Virus record (IMG/VR): IMGVR_UViG_3300027956_000028
Location: 1-35,192 of that record
Source: a virus
Lineage: Duplodnaviria > Caudoviricetes
DNA length: 35,192 nucleotides
Strand: one strand, 5' to 3'
Numbering within the stretch: the first letter of the stretch is position 1; every line of letters starts with the position of its first letter. A program made the position numbers and the translations under genes. Positions 1 through 9,032 of the stretch are shown one piece after another. The notes below the pieces were generated by a model that ran no database searches, was not told the DNA's origin, and was given only the letters and a program-made list of their open reading frames with translations.

Positions 1-2406
1 CTGCCCGCCGCCGTGAATGGTTGTCTGCCCCGGCGCCACTTCGCAGTCCAGAGAGATGTAGCGCGCGAACGGAGTGCGCTCGAAAAACTCCATCGACCAC
101 TGCTCCAGGATGGGCGGGGTGGTGGATACAGAGGTGTTCATCCTGAAGCGCGGGCGCAGCTTGCGTTTATTGCCCACGCCGATCTCGATAGAGTCCTCCG
201 GGCTTTCCACAAATGTCCCAGCCTGGAACCAGGTGCTCCCGCCCACGTAGTTGTCCATCTGGTAATCCACAAAGATCTCCATCCCCGAGTCAGAGAGGTT
301 CTTTGTTACCGCCGAGAGTTTGCCGAAGAATTTGGGGTTGGTGTTGAGGTCGATGGTCGAGAGCTCGAGCACGCATTCCGGCATGTACTGCACAGACGGG
401 TCATTGATGGGTCTGGGCGTTCTCGGAAATACCTGGTAGATCAACTCCCCGCCGATCTCCGTCCAAAGGAAGGGGTTGGTTTCGTCGTTCGGCTGCCAGA
501 ACACCGAGCGGATCCTGCGCCCGACCTCGAAGCCTCGCAGGCATTCATGCCAGCTCTGGGTCTCGTTGCTCCAGATCATCACACTGGATGTACCCTCCAC
601 TCCGGCATCCAGCGCGACGAAGACCCAGCCCAGAGCCGAAATCCCGCCGCGCACATAACCCACCCGTGTCGCCGGCAGGTTGGAGAGCCACAATCTTGTA
701 TCTGAGATCGTCCCGCCAATGAGCTGCATCAGGTTTGTTTGGAAGGAAATATAAAGGGGGTCTCCGGCGATGATCATCGCTTGCCCGTTGTAGATCGAGG
801 GCATGTCCTTCGCAGGATACTCGCGCGCCACAGCCCGGTCATTGGATACCGTGAACAGGTTATCTTCCTTATGCACGAACAGGGAGCCGTTGTGGAACCG
901 TATCCCTGTGATCAGTGTATTTGTAGAGCCGATGTAGATCCCTTTTGTCCCCGTGGCGTTCGGCAGGAGGAAGGCGAGTGCCACGCCCCAGCCCACTGCT
1001 TTGGCGCGCGAGGCGGTCTTCGCTCCGCCCGACCCCGTTGCGTCAGTGTTGTTGGCGCGCCACAGTTGCGGACCGTCCGCCGGGTCGAACCCGGCTTCCA
1101 CGAAGGAAGCCGTCCCCTGGTTGCCCGTCGCCGCTTCGCTCCCGAAATTATGGACCTTGGTCGAGGAGTTCCACTGCATCCGCCTCATCCCCACGCTGTC
1201 ACCCTGGGGGAAGTAGGCGATCCCGTTCACGACCGCCGGCTGAGAGTAGACATACCCAAGCCCGCTAGCACCCACTGCTGCGTTGGTAAACCCGTTTATG
1301 CCGGTCGCGCCCACTTTGTGGAACCAGTTCGAGGCGTAGACCACATATTCGCTGTCCGAGGATGGGTTTACAGACCAGGCCGGGGAAACCGTGAAGGCGG
1401 TCGTGTTGTTGTCGGTGATCTGCCTCGCCTGCCCCGCGCCTGTCCCGCGAATGATCTGGATCCAGGCTCCGGTGTAGCGGTCGGCGGTCATATTCAGAGC
1501 GCCATCCACCAGACTAAGGGCCGTGCCGCTGGTAGCCTTGCCGCGCCCGCCGTTGATGTAGAGAGAGGAAGCCGCGCCCGAAAGCGGGCTGTCCACCACG
1601 TACATCGCCCCGTCGAAGAAGAAGGGGTGCAGGCGTCTCTCGGTGTCTGCATCGGTCAGGCGGTAGTAAGGCGAATAGGCGGTTGCGGTCCAGGTGCTGT
1701 TATCTGCCGAGCGTTTGCCGGCCGCGGCCGCATCACAGCCGATCTCCCAGCAATTGTCGTCGTCGGTGTCACTCGAGGCGAACACCAGGTGATAGGTAGT
1801 GGAGGCCACCAGGGCGAAGGCTGTGGGTTCGCCGTCGAAGATCACCATCGGCGTGTCGGGGATGTCGCTTTTCGTGATCGTGACGGACTGGTGGAAGGTG
1901 ATCGAGTGGGGTTCGCCCGCGTCGTTGGGGCGCAGGGTGACGGTGAGCGTTCCGGGGTTGCCACGCCTGCGGATCGGGAACTGGATGTGTCGGCCGGTAA
2001 AGCCTGAGGACGCGAACGAGACACTCAGGTATGGGTCGCCGTTGGTGCTGATCTTCCTCCACTCCACCGAGCCAAACCAGTGCAAGTCCTGGCTCCTGAG
2101 GCCAAGCCCGAATCGCCAGAGCAGGGTCGGGTGCGCCTTGCCGAGGGTTTGCAGCCAGGCGTCCTTCGCGTCCCAATATCCGAAATGCCGGCTTTTGTTC
2201 AGGAACGACTCAAGCCCCCGTCCGAGGTGGTACGAGATCTGTGATACCTGATCCACCGGGGAAGTGGTCTGGGGCGCGTTGTCCCGGATGGAACCCACTC
2301 CGTCCCTGAGCCGCAATCCATACTTGAGCCCGCTGGGCAGCGCCAGCGCCACTTCGTGGGTGTAGGTCGAGGAGCCGGGGTAGACGTTGGAGACAGGAGT
2401 GGGCAT
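1..2406 (-). CDS. Tail nozzle/tail tubular-like virion protein, truncated at the window edge
   Basis: Absent from the ORF track because it has no stop in the window. The ATG at 2406 (MPTPVSNVYPGSSTYTHEV...) opens a frame that appears continuous to base 1 (...YISLDCEVAPGQTTIHGGGQ). It is beta-rich and directly follows the adaptor-like gene. Confidence 0.7.
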   Translation of the reverse strand, partial: MPTPVSNVYPGSSTYTHEVALALPSGLKYGLRLRDGVGSIRDNAPQTTSPVDQVSQISYHLGRGLESFLNKSRHFGYWDAKDAWLQTLGKAHPTLLWRFGLGLRSQDLHWFGSVEWRKISTNGDPYLSVSFASSGFTGRHIQFPIRRRGNPGTLTVTLRPNDAGEPHSITFHQSVTITKSDIPDTPMVIFDGEPTAFALVASTTYHLVFASSDTDDDNCWEIGCDAAAAGKRSADNSTWTATAYSPYYRLTDADTERRLHPFFFDGAMYVVDSPLSGAASSLYINGGRGKATSGTALSLVDGALNMTADRYTGAWIQIIRGTGAGQARQITDNNTTAFTVSPAWSVNPSSDSEYVVYASNWFHKVGATGINGFTNAAVGASGLGYVYSQPAVVNGIAYFPQGDSVGMRRMQWNSSTKVHNFGSEAATGNQGTASFVEAGFDPADGPQLWRANNTDATGSGGAKTASRAKAVGWGVALAFLLPNATGTKGIYIGSTNTLITGIRFHNGSLFVHKEDNLFTVSNDRAVAREYPAKDMPSIYNGQAMIIAGDPLYISFQTNLMQLIGGTISDTRLWLSNLPATRVGYVRGGISALGWVFVALDAGVEGTSSVMIWSNETQSWHECLRGFEVGRRIRSVFWQPNDETNPFLWTEIGGELIYQVFPRTPRPINDPSVQYMPECVLELSTIDLNTNPKFFGKLSAVTKNLSDSGMEIFVDYQMDNYVGGSTWFQAGTFVESPEDSIEIGVGNKRKLRPRFRMNTSVSTTPPILEQWSMEFFERTPFARYISLDCEVAPGQTTIHGGGQ

Positions 2407-2408
2407 TT

Positions 2409-3251
2409 TTACATATCCCGGATGTTCAGGAACTTCGAGATGGGCTTATTGGTCGACTGGATGCGGTTGCGGCTCTCGATCTGCGCCAGGTCGCCGCGCT
2501 TGATCTGGAGTCTCCTCATCATGTCCTCGCTGATCCGCCCTTCCTTTTCCAGAAGGTAGCTGAATAGTTCACTCCTCACATATTCGATAGCCAGCGGGTC
2601 GGGGATGGTGCCGGAGATTGCATCCTCGTAGGTGTCCAGTGTCGCGTGATAGCCCTTGTACCAGATGCGAAAAGTCTGGTTCGCCGGGGTGGTTCCGTCG
2701 TAAGGCGGCTGGTCTTTGAACTCCAGCACGTGCGTGCCCGTGGAGGTTGCGGGGTGGATCTTCTCGCATTTGGTGGTGTAATCGGGCCAGCCGTCTGTGT
2801 TGTTGCCGATCTCCACTTTCTCGATCGGGTATCTGGCAACCGCCGCGGGCAGGTTGTAGCGCAGGGTGGCAGCCGCGCCGGTCAGGGAGACATCCGTCAG
2901 GGAGATCAACCCCATCTTTTGGAACGCCTGGTTCACAAGCCTCAGCACCGTGTACAGATTCCAGATCGGGTCAGCAACCGCGTAGTAGTCGCCCGCGCCC
3001 ACCACGGCGGTCAGGGCAGGGGAGAAGGTGAATGTGCCGCTGGAATCCGTGAAGGCAGAGATGACGGAATATTGATCCACCGGCGCGAGGGCATCCGTGG
3101 TCACACGGATGAAGGTGATCGCATCCTTGAAAGAGTCGTCGTCGTATTTGCCTGTCAGAGACGAATCGGCGAGAGTAACCGACGAGCCGCCTGTACATTT
3201 GCCCTCTAATACAATGGGCAGAGATTGAACCAATAGTTGCCCGAGGTTCAT
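2409..3251 (-). CDS. Putative head-tail adaptor / tail tubular protein A-like
   Basis: 280 aa. Segments such as 'LRLVNQAFQKM', 'RYNLP' and 'RIWYKG' resemble podoviral adaptors. It lies between the capsid module and the nozzle-like gene. Confidence 0.6.
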   Translation of the reverse strand: MNLGQLLVQSLPIVLEGKCTGGSSVTLADSSLTGKYDDDSFKDAITFIRVTTDALAPVDQYSVISAFTDSSGTFTFSPALTAVVGAGDYYAVADPIWNLYTVLRLVNQAFQKMGLISLTDVSLTGAAATLRYNLPAAVARYPIEKVEIGNNTDGWPDYTTKCEKIHPATSTGTHVLEFKDQPPYDGTTPANQTFRIWYKGYHATLDTYEDAISGTIPDPLAIEYVRSELFSYLLEKEGRISEDMMRRLQIKRGDLAQIESRNRIQSTNKPISKFLNIRDM

Positions 3252-3307
3252 TTACGCCTCTTCTTCCTGCTGATCGTCTTTTTGGATTTACCTTTTTTCA
3301 ATGGCAT
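3248..3307 (-). CDS. 19-aa basic peptide MPLKKGKSKKTISRKKRRK
   Basis: AGGTG RBS, ATG at 3307, and a TGA overlapping the next ATG (ATGA). The start resembles small 'MPLKKG.SKKTIS' phage proteins. Confidence 0.5.
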   Translation of the reverse strand: MPLKKGKSKKTISRKKRRK

Positions 3308-3314
3308 ATTTCAC

Positions 3315-4058
3315 CTAGTACACCTTCCATTTTTCGTTCAGATAACTCCTGACAAGTTCTCTATTGGCAACAGACAGCGCGGAATTGAATAATAAAAACT
3401 CCATGATGTAACCGCTCAGGTTTCCGCCGCCCTCGAAGTTGCCAAAGAGAGTGATCCCTGTCAACGCCTGCGCGCCGGCGTCCCCCGAAGAGATCCCCAC
3501 GCCATTCTCGAACAGCGGACTATTTGCCCCGTTGAAAACCACCTCATAGAGGGTGCTCTCGGTTGCCACGACTCCACCACCCCAGCTCGAGCCGGCAAAC
3601 CAGTTGATCTGATCGGTGTAATCAAACGCAGCGTGTCTCTTGTCTGAGGCGATCCCGTCGAAATAAACCTCTGTCCCCGAGTAAGCCGGGTTCCTTGCCA
3701 CAAGAAAAATGGTGTTGGGTTGCGCGATCTCGGTAAATGCAGCGGTGTCCAGATGGTCTCCGCCGTCACCCAGCGCCGCGGCTCTATTGCCCTGAATGCC
3801 TGTTTTGTAGGCGGGTCTCGCGCCTTCGGTGCCCTGCGTCAGGTGGTGAGCATTCCCGCTTTTATCCAAAACCTTCCCGATCGGGTCAGCGTCTGCGGCT
3901 ACCGCAGTCGTCCCGTCTGCGTCCTGGAACAGTGTCGAGAGGTCCGAGAAGTCGAACCACGTATGAGGAGCCAGCGCCAGAACAGACGCGCCCGAAAGCA
4001 GATCGCGCCTTGTGCGTGAGTAACCCCTGCGTCCCTTGTCGGTAAATCCCATTCCCAT
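3315..4058 (-). CDS. LamG/concanavalin-like virion fibre or head-associated protein
   Basis: Motifs 'WFDFSDLSTLFQD', 'DKSGNAHHLTQ...RP' and 'G.I.EFLLFNSALS...YLNEKW' are typical of phage LamG-like domains. The ATG at 4058 follows the upstream stop. Confidence 0.7.
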   Translation of the reverse strand: MGMGFTDKGRRGYSRTRRDLLSGASVLALAPHTWFDFSDLSTLFQDADGTTAVAADADPIGKVLDKSGNAHHLTQGTEGARPAYKTGIQGNRAAALGDGGDHLDTAAFTEIAQPNTIFLVARNPAYSGTEVYFDGIASDKRHAAFDYTDQINWFAGSSWGGGVVATESTLYEVVFNGANSPLFENGVGISSGDAGAQALTGITLFGNFEGGGNLSGYIMEFLLFNSALSVANRELVRSYLNEKWKVY

Positions 4059-4060
4059 GG

Positions 4061-4414
4061 TTACACCTTTTTCAGCCAGAGTCTGCCGGGCTTCCCGCGC
4101 ACCCTGACCCATTTATAGACATCGCCGTTGATGATCTTTTTATCCCCTGCCTTTACCTTCTTCTTCGGCATGGCTACACCAGAGAATCTATATTTGTGTC
4201 CGGGTTCTGCAAATTCAAGCGGTCCCATGGCTACGTCCTGTTTGTATTTTTCCTGGATCTCACGCGCCACCTTCTCGTCTTTGACGTAAAAAGAGTTCCT
4301 GCTGCCGAAGAACATCTTTTTGCCGCCAACCTCCACGTGGTCAAAGCCGGGCTTGGTGGTGGCTTTCATCACCAGCATTCTCTTTCCGGGTTTGTAGTAG
4401 CCGCCGATCGCCAT
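4061..4414 (-). CDS. Hypothetical basic protein
   Basis: 117-aa Lys-rich ORF translationally coupled to its neighbours. Confidence 0.6.
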   Translation of the reverse strand: MAIGGYYKPGKRMLVMKATTKPGFDHVEVGGKKMFFGSRNSFYVKDEKVAREIQEKYKQDVAMGPLEFAEPGHKYRFSGVAMPKKKVKAGDKKIINGDVYKWVRVRGKPGRLWLKKV

Positions 4415-6333
4415 CAGCTCACCGACACCTTGATCTTCTTCGGGTCCATGAATTTCGCGCAGTGCTCAACAAGTTTCTCAGGGGTTTCGTTCTCCAGTCC
4501 TCTGTGAAACTCGCCGCGCATAAATTCCACTTTCGACAGATCCATATTCGGCAGGATCTCGTACTCTGCAAACTCCGCGTCGATCTTGAGCAGCTTGATC
4601 CTGCCTGTCTCTTTCAGAACATCACCGGCTGAAATAGACTTCACCTCGAACACCTGCGCGGCCGCCTCCGCCCGCAGATACATCGAAGAGGCGCCGTTGT
4701 TCTTTTCCAGGTCCCCGCCGATCTTCACGTCCCGGCCGTCTTTGGTCACAGCCAGGTTATGCGGGATGACGTTCTTCACTCCCGCCAGTTCGATATTCTT
4801 CAAGAGATATTCATAGTTTTCGGGGATGGGTTCGTAGGCGTAGACCTTCGCCTTGGGGTACATCTTCGCCAGGTAGATGCTTACCAGTCCAATGTGCGCG
4901 CCGATGTCCACGATCACATCGCCGTTCTTCACGCCCAACCCGTCCAGTTTGTAATCTCTCACGATCTCGCGCGCGATGATCTTGCCCACGCTCCCGGCAT
5001 GGTCGGGCTCCACAAAATCGAAGGCGGGTTTATAGCCATTCGGGACGATCCGCTTCACACCCTTCGGATTAATAATGAGTTCGTCGTTACATTTGTAACA
5101 ATAGGCGCTCACTGTCCCATCCGGGTTGGTCAGTCCGGTCTCGCTCCATTCATGATCGTGTTTGGGTTTGGCGGCGATCTCTTCGATCACAGGCTTGAGG
5201 TAGGTCTGGTACACGGTCTGGAAGTCGAAGCCTAAAGCAAAGTCTCGGGCTTTCTTTTCCAGCTTCGGCATGTATCCGGTTCTCCAGGCTTGATAGGCTT
5301 TTTCCAAAGCATCCACGGCGCTCTTTACATCCGCGATCCCATAGAAGGAATTGTTGGGCGTCCACTGCTTCGCGATGATCGGCACCTTCCAGCCTGCCCC
5401 GCAAAGGGTTCCCTGCGCGGCGAAGTCGGTTGTGATCACCGGCACGCCGCAGGCCTGCGCCTCGATCAGGGGTACCCCAAAGCCCTCGCCCTTCGAGAGC
5501 AGAATGAACACATCGAAGGCGTTATAGATCCTTGCCATCTGTTCAGGACCAAACATCTCGCCGGTGTAGTATTGCCACACATCCGGACCGATGATCTTGA
5601 TCCCATACATATCCGCCAGCGCGCCCAGGTTCATCCCGCCGAACTGCCCCGAAAGTTCAGAGTGGATGTAATACGCCGAGTCGGGGTGTCTTTTGTGGAA
5701 GATTGAAAACGCCTCGAAAGACTGCTGGAAGCCTTTACGGTCGAAGAAGCGGTCGATGTTCGCGGCAACCGTTCCCACCACGAAGGTCTTGTCGTCTACG
5801 GTGATCAGCCTCTTCTCGGGGGGGCGGGGGGCAAAGACGGCTGTGTCCACGCCGTGAGGGAAGTAGCGCGCTTTTACTCCATGCTTTTCCAGTTGGTCCT
5901 TCCCGAACAGACTCATTGCCATCGGGTAGGGAGAAGCCTCGAAGCGCGAGAGGATGTCGCCGGGGATAGGGTCGTGGTCGATGGGGCCGATCGCCATCCA
6001 CGGCACGCCCAGAGATTGCAACTCGTAGAGCGCTTCCATCGGGATCGCCCATAGGTCCATAAGGGTGATGATCAGATCCGGCTTGCCTCGCCTGGCATAT
6101 TCCACCATTCCCTGCCAGCCGTAGCTGTGACCGTTGTTCGTGATGGGAGAGGGCTGCCATCCGCCCGGCAGGTGAGCAACACCGTCGTACATAATGGCAG
6201 TGGCGTCGTCTTTATCCATTGCCACCACGCCCACAGTGTGCCCGTCCTTTTGGAGCAGCTTCACAAAGGCATTCGTCTGCACGCCGTAGCCGGTGCGGTT
6301 GTAGATGCTGGAGGAATGCCAGAGAATTCTCAT
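4414..6333 (-). CDS. GT4 glycosyltransferase fused through a CxxC linker to an FkbM-family methyltransferase
   Basis: GT-B features 'TGYG.QT', 'PHGVDT..F.P', 'RKG' and 'EGFGVPLIEAQACGVPVI'. C-terminal 'VDIGAHIG', 'AYEP' and 'LLKIDAE..EYEI' are FkbM motifs. Confidence 0.9.
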   Translation of the reverse strand: MRILWHSSSIYNRTGYGVQTNAFVKLLQKDGHTVGVVAMDKDDATAIMYDGVAHLPGGWQPSPITNNGHSYGWQGMVEYARRGKPDLIITLMDLWAIPMEALYELQSLGVPWMAIGPIDHDPIPGDILSRFEASPYPMAMSLFGKDQLEKHGVKARYFPHGVDTAVFAPRPPEKRLITVDDKTFVVGTVAANIDRFFDRKGFQQSFEAFSIFHKRHPDSAYYIHSELSGQFGGMNLGALADMYGIKIIGPDVWQYYTGEMFGPEQMARIYNAFDVFILLSKGEGFGVPLIEAQACGVPVITTDFAAQGTLCGAGWKVPIIAKQWTPNNSFYGIADVKSAVDALEKAYQAWRTGYMPKLEKKARDFALGFDFQTVYQTYLKPVIEEIAAKPKHDHEWSETGLTNPDGTVSAYCYKCNDELIINPKGVKRIVPNGYKPAFDFVEPDHAGSVGKIIAREIVRDYKLDGLGVKNGDVIVDIGAHIGLVSIYLAKMYPKAKVYAYEPIPENYEYLLKNIELAGVKNVIPHNLAVTKDGRDVKIGGDLEKNNGASSMYLRAEAAAQVFEVKSISAGDVLKETGRIKLLKIDAEFAEYEILPNMDLSKVEFMRGEFHRGLENETPEKLVEHCAKFMDPKKIKVSVS

Positions 6334-6599
6334 AACGGTTCACCCGCTGCGTCGCTCCAGACGGCTCGTCCGCCGTTGTAGGAGCAGGAGTGGTCGCTGT
6401 CACTGTGTCCTTTGGGGAGGGTGCAGGTCAGTGGCTTGCCGTCCGGTCGCTGCCGGTTGACGTGCCCGCATTTAGGGGCGGTGATCAGCTCGTCTTTTTC
6501 AAGCTCTCGCCACTCCACAACTTTGGTTACATCAGCCGGTTTCTCTTCCGGCTTTTCAGCCGGGGTTTCTTCAACAACTATTTTCTTTTTGGGTGCCAT
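6330..6599 (-). CDS. Small hypothetical protein with Cys/His motif
   Basis: MAPKKK... from the ATG at 6599, containing 'CGH...CTLPKGH...HSC'. Coupled to both neighbours. Confidence 0.55.
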   Translation of the reverse strand: MAPKKKIVVEETPAEKPEEKPADVTKVVEWRELEKDELITAPKCGHVNRQRPDGKPLTCTLPKGHSDSDHSCSYNGGRAVWSDAAGEPL

Positions 6600-7189
6600 T
6601 AGATTTCCTCTGTTCTGATTGCTGTGCAATCCTCGGGTAGTGAATAGATTTTGTAAAAGCCAAAACCCGCGCCGGGAACAATTCTTTCGTAGATCTGGGC
6701 GATGGCTTTTCGCTCCGCGTAACTCTTCACCAAATACTTGTAGTGCAGGATGGGGAACGACATCACCATCCCGATCCCAAACGGTGAGCCGCTGTGGATC
6801 GTCTGCCGACCGCCCGCCAGTTCTTTTGCGGTGAGCCGGGTTTGCAGGTCAGGGTAGAGCATGTCGTTGACGATGTAGTGTTTTTCGTCGCCCCACAGGT
6901 TCCAGCGCGGGAAGGTATATATGCCGCTGTCGAATTCGCCGCGCGAGAGCCAGTCGACGAAGTCCTCCCCGATCATCTCGTCGTCGTCCAGGCGCAGGAC
7001 GTAATCGCCGTGGCACATCGCAACGGCTTCATCCAGCACGCTTTCCAGGTAGCCGCCTGAGTGAACATCCGTGCCGTCCACAACTTTTACAAACTCCGCG
7101 CCCAGGGCTTCGGCAACCAGGCACATATCAGCCAGGAAAGGCTTTGCGCGCGGCTCGTTCTTTGTCACACAAAGGATGGATAATTTCAT
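6599..7189 (-). CDS. GT2/GT-A glycosyltransferase
   Basis: Starts 'MKLSILCVTKNE' and has the DxD motif 'YVLRLDDDE', plus 'YPD.Q.RL' and 'ILHY'. Confidence 0.85.
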   Translation of the reverse strand: MKLSILCVTKNEPRAKPFLADMCLVAEALGAEFVKVVDGTDVHSGGYLESVLDEAVAMCHGDYVLRLDDDEMIGEDFVDWLSRGEFDSGIYTFPRWNLWGDEKHYIVNDMLYPDLQTRLTAKELAGGRQTIHSGSPFGIGMVMSFPILHYKYLVKSYAERKAIAQIYERIVPGAGFGFYKIYSLPEDCTAIRTEEI

Positions 7190-7953
7190 GGGATCGTACT
7201 TTCTGTCAGCCAGGTATCTTCCCCGGCTTCGCGCCATTCAATCGTCGGACCGCGCATACTCGTACAGCGGAAGCAGGAGAGCGGCGTTTCTGCCTGGTCT
7301 AAAAATGCCTGCAACTTTTGCTCGGTGATCCCATCCAGAGAGAGAGCGTCCGTCCCCTCGGGTTGGTTCATCACCACGCGAGGAATAAAAACAGAGGTGC
7401 AGCAGCGATAGAAGTATCCGTTGTTCAAGGCTCTCGTCCATTTTTTGAACCAGCAGAATTTATATCTGTGCGCGGCTTCCTGCGGGCTTCCGTGTTCGCG
7501 GGTCAACAGTGCCGAGAAATAAGATGTAACCCGCGCATCCTTGACTTCCAGGTTTCGCCCGGTTTCGATGCATTTATTGCGTATCCACAAAACATCTTCG
7601 TCGCTCACCTTGCCGGGGTAGAGAGACAGAAAAAGCGTGTCGAAGCTCTCCCAAAACTCAGGCGGCTGCCGTCTGAGCGACATGCCGTTTGTCCATACTT
7701 CGATCTCATCCGCAATGCCGCTTGCGCGGACGATATGAAGGATGTCCACCAGCCGCTTGTGCAGGGTTGGCTCGCCTCCCAGGATGGCGTACTTTTCGAC
7801 GTGCGCCACCTCCCGGAAGATATGCAGATCCCGCTCCACGCTCTCCGGCTCCACAAAGGAAGGCTTGAGCGTCCCTACCATCTGTGTACAAGCCACGCAT
7901 TTACACTGGCAGGCGGTCGTAATATTCGTCTCACAATGCGGTAAGAGGATCAT
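7186..7953 (-). CDS. Radical SAM protein
   Basis: CxxxCxxC (CQCKCVAC), GGEP and TNG motifs, with C-terminal cysteines (C...RCC...CFRC) suggesting an auxiliary cluster. Confidence 0.9.
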   Translation of the reverse strand: MILLPHCETNITTACQCKCVACTQMVGTLKPSFVEPESVERDLHIFREVAHVEKYAILGGEPTLHKRLVDILHIVRASGIADEIEVWTNGMSLRRQPPEFWESFDTLFLSLYPGKVSDEDVLWIRNKCIETGRNLEVKDARVTSYFSALLTREHGSPQEAAHRYKFCWFKKWTRALNNGYFYRCCTSVFIPRVVMNQPEGTDALSLDGITEQKLQAFLDQAETPLSCFRCTSMRGPTIEWREAGEDTWLTESTIP

Positions 7954-8629
7954 CCAGAGCCTTTCCAAGTTCCATTTTCGGGAACACATCCAAATGCGTG
8001 TCGAGCGTGCAGTTGTAGACCCGCCCTCCGGCTTTCTCGTACTCCAGCTTTGCCCGTCGGTAGGCTTGTTCCATGCGGGGCAGGTTGGGGTTGTGCAGGC
8101 GTGTGCCGGGTTTGAAATAGTCGTCTGTAAAGTGATCCGGGTCAGAGCCGGTGGAAAGAAGAATCTCGCCTCCGTCTTTTTTATGAGGGGGCAGTTGGTA
8201 GCAATGTTGCACTCCCAAGAGATACGCGGTTCGTATGCCCATATAGAAAGCCAGTTGCAGCAGGAAGTATGTCACCGTGAAACCCAGCGAGAAGGTGTCT
8301 CCGTCCAGCCAGGCAGGCAACCCGTTTTCGTGCTCCGCCCAGCAGGCAGATACAGGAGTGAAATTGTCTGTGTTGGTAAAGTGCCATCTTTCGCAGGGAT
8401 AGAACGCCTGCGCTTTCACCTGGTGGATGATCTCGCTGTGTCTATCCTCGATCACCAGCACGTCCTCCACCGCGTAATACCTCAACGGCAGAAGAGATTT
8501 GTAGATCAGGTTTGAGCCGAAGGTCAGCCTGCCTTCAAAATCCAGAAGGTTCCGCCTGTTCAAAGTTTTGGCGTTGCCAAAAATGAAGGCATGTTTACCT
8601 GCGTGAATGTCTTTGAAGTTACCGATCAC
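7931..8629 (-). CDS. DUF115/MptE-like (Maf or sialyltransferase-like) protein
   Basis: 'FKDIHAGKHAFIFGN', 'TFGSN', 'TVTY..LQLAFYMG...YLLG' and 'HF..DYF' match this nucleotide-sugar transferase-like fold. Confidence 0.75.
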   Translation of the reverse strand: MIGNFKDIHAGKHAFIFGNAKTLNRRNLLDFEGRLTFGSNLIYKSLLPLRYYAVEDVLVIEDRHSEIIHQVKAQAFYPCERWHFTNTDNFTPVSACWAEHENGLPAWLDGDTFSLGFTVTYFLLQLAFYMGIRTAYLLGVQHCYQLPPHKKDGGEILLSTGSDPDHFTDDYFKPGTRLHNPNLPRMEQAYRRAKLEYEKAGGRVYNCTLDTHLDVFPKMELGKALDDPLTAL

Positions 8630-8659
8630 AGAAAGAGAGGGAGGGTTGCCCCTCCCTCA
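8629..8659 (-). terminator. Intrinsic terminator after the capsid and decoration genes
   Basis: Minus strand GAGGGAGGG-GCAA-CCCTCCCTC followed by TCTTTCT. Confidence 0.65.
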
Positions 8660-8678
8660 TAACCTTCCTACTCACTTG

Positions 8679-9020
8679 CTATGCGGCGGTCCCTGCAATG
8701 CGGTACAGTGTTCCGTTCTGGCGGAAATACAACTGCGCCGTGCCGGTCAGGATACCCACCCCCAGGCCTCCGTTCGTGCCGAGGTTGGCAAGTGAAATTG
8801 TCGTGGTCGCGTGCTTGGTAGCCACGTAACCGGCGGGGATCACATTCCCACTCACGTCGATGGTGAGCACTTCGGTGCCATTCGCGCTGCACACCAGGAA
8901 GTCGCCGGATTGTCCAGATGCGCCGGTCAACGTCATGATGTCCGTCGCGGCGGTCTTTTGAACGACTTCAAATTCGCCGTTCAACATGCTATTCAGGGGG
9001 GCTGAAGTTCCTTTCGTCAT
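8679..9020 (-). CDS. Putative capsid decoration/minor head protein
   Basis: 113-aa Gly/Thr-rich ORF directly after the major capsid gene, with a strong RBS (GGAAGGTG). Confidence 0.5.
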   Translation of the reverse strand: MTKGTSAPLNSMLNGEFEVVQKTAATDIMTLTGASGQSGDFLVCSANGTEVLTIDVSGNVIPAGYVATKHATTTISLANLGTNGGLGVGILTGTAQLYFRQNGTLYRIAGTAA

Positions 9021-9032
9021 TTCACACCTTCC

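Noticed and set aside
13-2251. Long plus-strand ORFs (13..705, 739..2007, 1799..2251)
   Set aside because: These are antisense shadows of the uninterrupted minus-strand tail gene 1..2406, with unnatural composition.
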